Of a DNA stretch of 64,000 nt, positions 62,636-64,000 are shown piece by piece. How positions within the stretch are numbered: the first letter of the stretch is position 1; each line of letters opens with the position of its first letter. Made by a program: the position numbers and the translations under genes. The notes beneath the pieces are model-generated. The model did no database searches. It saw only the letters and a list, made by a program, of their open reading frames with translations, and was not told where the DNA came from. This stretch comes from Escherichia phage kvi. Where the stretch lies: sequence record MN850615.1; one strand, 5' to 3'.

Positions 62636-63106
62636 TTACAGTTTGGTCGTCCACTCCAGGTCTAGATCTTCGACATACTCATGAGATCGGACAATCTCTA
62701 AATCGAACTCTAGGTCAGTGCCAAATTTACGCGCACCAACATCATAAGAAAGCGTGATATGCGGTACATATTCAGGATAATCCCACGTCGCACCTAAAGC
62801 AGTGCCGATATCGTGTCTGAATTGCATGTAGTCGCTTTCAAATGCCAGCACAAGCGCATTAGTACCGGATTGAGTTTCAAACACTTTAAGATGGCATAGA
62901 GAGCCTAAAAACTTTTCACCCTCTTCTGGTATAAACGGAACATAGACACGAGAATATAAGATAGTGCTATGCAGTTTATCACGAGGAACGGCATTAGGCA
63001 GATCGTAGAACTCCTGCAATTTTTCAATGCGGTCTAGTGTATCCTCAGTGAATTTAACAGCCGCATATGTACCTTTAACGGATTCTCTAAACGGGGTCAT
63101 AATCAA
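62636..63106 (-). CDS. 2H-family phosphoesterase (LigT-like), Acb1/gene 57B-like by fold and synteny
   Basis: 156 aa; two H-x-T/S-x motifs (…KLHSTILYS… and …VPHITLSYD…); lies next to 57A-like and gene 1 as T4 57B does. Confidence 0.6.
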   Translation of the reverse strand: MIMTPFRESVKGTYAAVKFTEDTLDRIEKLQEFYDLPNAVPRDKLHSTILYSRVYVPFIPEEGEKFLGSLCHLKVFETQSGTNALVLAFESDYMQFRHDIGTALGATWDYPEYVPHITLSYDVGARKFGTDLEFDLEIVRSHEYVEDLDLEWTTKL

Positions 63107-63369
63107 GCCTCCGTGATCAGTTCTACTTCCTCTTCTGCTTCTTCTGCGGCTTCGTCTTTAGGGAGAAGTGCTTTCACTTCTTCGACAATAGCATCAAGGG
63201 AAACAGTGCCGTTTTCGTCTGGCTGAATACCCAGAATGCGTACCAGTTCCATCAATACACGCTCACGATCTTTCAGTTGGCCTTCTAAGAATGCGGCCTT
63301 TTCTTGAGTGTCAAACAGACGTACTTTCAGGACATTAATCATTTGTTCATGCTGATTGGACATATTCAC
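63103..63369 (-). CDS. 57A-like small coiled-coil protein (by synteny)
   Basis: 88 aa acidic coiled-coil ORF between the 57B-like gene and gene 1. Confidence 0.45.
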   Translation of the reverse strand: MNMSNQHEQMINVLKVRLFDTQEKAAFLEGQLKDRERVLMELVRILGIQPDENGTVSLDAIVEEVKALLPKDEAAEEAEEEVELITEA

Positions 63370-63395
63370 ATCTCCTACTTGTTGATAACTTTTTA

Positions 63396-64000
63396 TTAAA
63401 TGTTCGCGAGAATCTCGCTTTCAAATTCTTCTAATGTGCCATTATTTATGATAACTGTTTCACCGTCAATAGGCAAAATTCCTTTTTCGGTGGAGTGAGT
63501 CGATACAATACCAGTATCACGCTGAATATGCAACACCTTAGCACCCATAGCACGCATAAGAGCAATTTCAATAGGCTGACGCACATCAACCACTACAAAA
63601 TACCCTTCTTCATTTTTTCGCTTCATAAACTCATTCACGAAGAGATTACACCAATAAAGCGGATTGATCAAGTTAACCATTATATCAGTACCGAGAGTGG
63701 TTAACATGAGACGAATAGACCAGACGTTATTATGTTTTTCGCCAATCTCATTAACGACCTTGTAAATCTCAGCCAGACGATCACAAGTAAAGGAACTACC
63801 GCCATACTTCGAATCTAGCATAAGCAGACACTGAATAAACCACTTATGCGCGGTATAGGTATCAATACCTAGATCGGCTTCTCTGTCACGCCCTAACCCG
63901 TCAAAGTCAAGATAAGTCAGACCTAAGTCTGGTTGACATTCGCACAATATTTCTTTGATCGGTGCTGCCAGTTGATAACTATGTCCATCAATGATTAACG
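63396..64000 (-). CDS. 1: deoxynucleoside monophosphate kinase, C-terminal part (start lies beyond the window end)
   Basis: frame open to position 64000; …YQLAAPIKEIL…, …WSIRLMLTTLGTDIMVNLINPLYW…, …YFVVVDVRQPIEIALMRAMGAKVLHIQR… match T4 gp1 as recalled. Confidence 0.8.
   Translation of the reverse strand, partial: LIIDGHSYQLAAPIKEILCECQPDLGLTYLDFDGLGRDREADLGIDTYTAHKWFIQCLLMLDSKYGGSSFTCDRLAEIYKVVNEIGEKHNNVWSIRLMLTTLGTDIMVNLINPLYWCNLFVNEFMKRKNEEGYFVVVDVRQPIEIALMRAMGAKVLHIQRDTGIVSTHSTEKGILPIDGETVIINNGTLEEFESEILANI

Noticed and set aside
1-64000. CRISPR arrays, integrases, transposases or prophage att sites
   Set aside because: No regularly spaced short direct repeats and no recombinase or transposase motifs were seen; the mobile DNA present is of the homing-endonuclease/intron type.

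Overview
This 64-kb window is a segment of a T4-like (Tevenvirinae-type) myovirus genome covering the early/middle replication, recombination and nucleotide-metabolism arm. Gene content and order follow the T4 map: rIIB, rIIA, topoisomerase gp39 (fused 39+60), dexA, dda, gp56-like MazG, primase 61, helicase 41, uvsX, DNA polymerase 43, regA, clamp loader 62/44, clamp 45, gp46/gp47, late sigma gp55, nrdH, nrdG, nrdD, endonuclease VII (49), nrdC, dam, tk, regB-like, an endolysin, a 57B/Acb1-like 2H phosphoesterase, 57A-like, and the 5' part of dNMP kinase (gene 1). Essentially every real gene is on the minus strand; the plus-strand ORFs in the track lie antisense to these genes and are judged spurious. 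Homology calls rest on my recall of T4 protein sequences and motifs, not on a database search. The most notable features are: (1) gene 43 is interrupted at the motif A codons (DLTSL|YPSIIRQ) by a ~1.1-kb group I intron carrying an HNH homing endonuclease; (2) a free-standing HNH-AP2 homing endonuclease abuts an unsplit topoisomerase gene; (3) a GrcA-like glycyl-radical cofactor gene whose C-terminus is near-identical to the enterobacterial protein; (4) more than 20 copies of a repeated cassette made of a sigma70-type promoter (TTGACA-N16/17-TATAAT or CATAAT), an overlapping stem-loop and a conserved leader, reminiscent of the PeSL elements described in RB49-type phages; (5) no candidates for hydroxymethylase (42) or the alpha/beta glucosyltransferases at their T4 positions, suggesting unmodified cytosine; (6) an accessory region (about 50-63 kb) with a macro-domain protein, a pol-beta-type nucleotidyltransferase, three tandem small paralogues, an M15-peptidase endolysin flanked by many small membrane proteins, and a candidate small RNA bracketed by a late-promoter motif and a terminator. 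Many short ORFs, start codons and regulatory-site coordinates are approximate.
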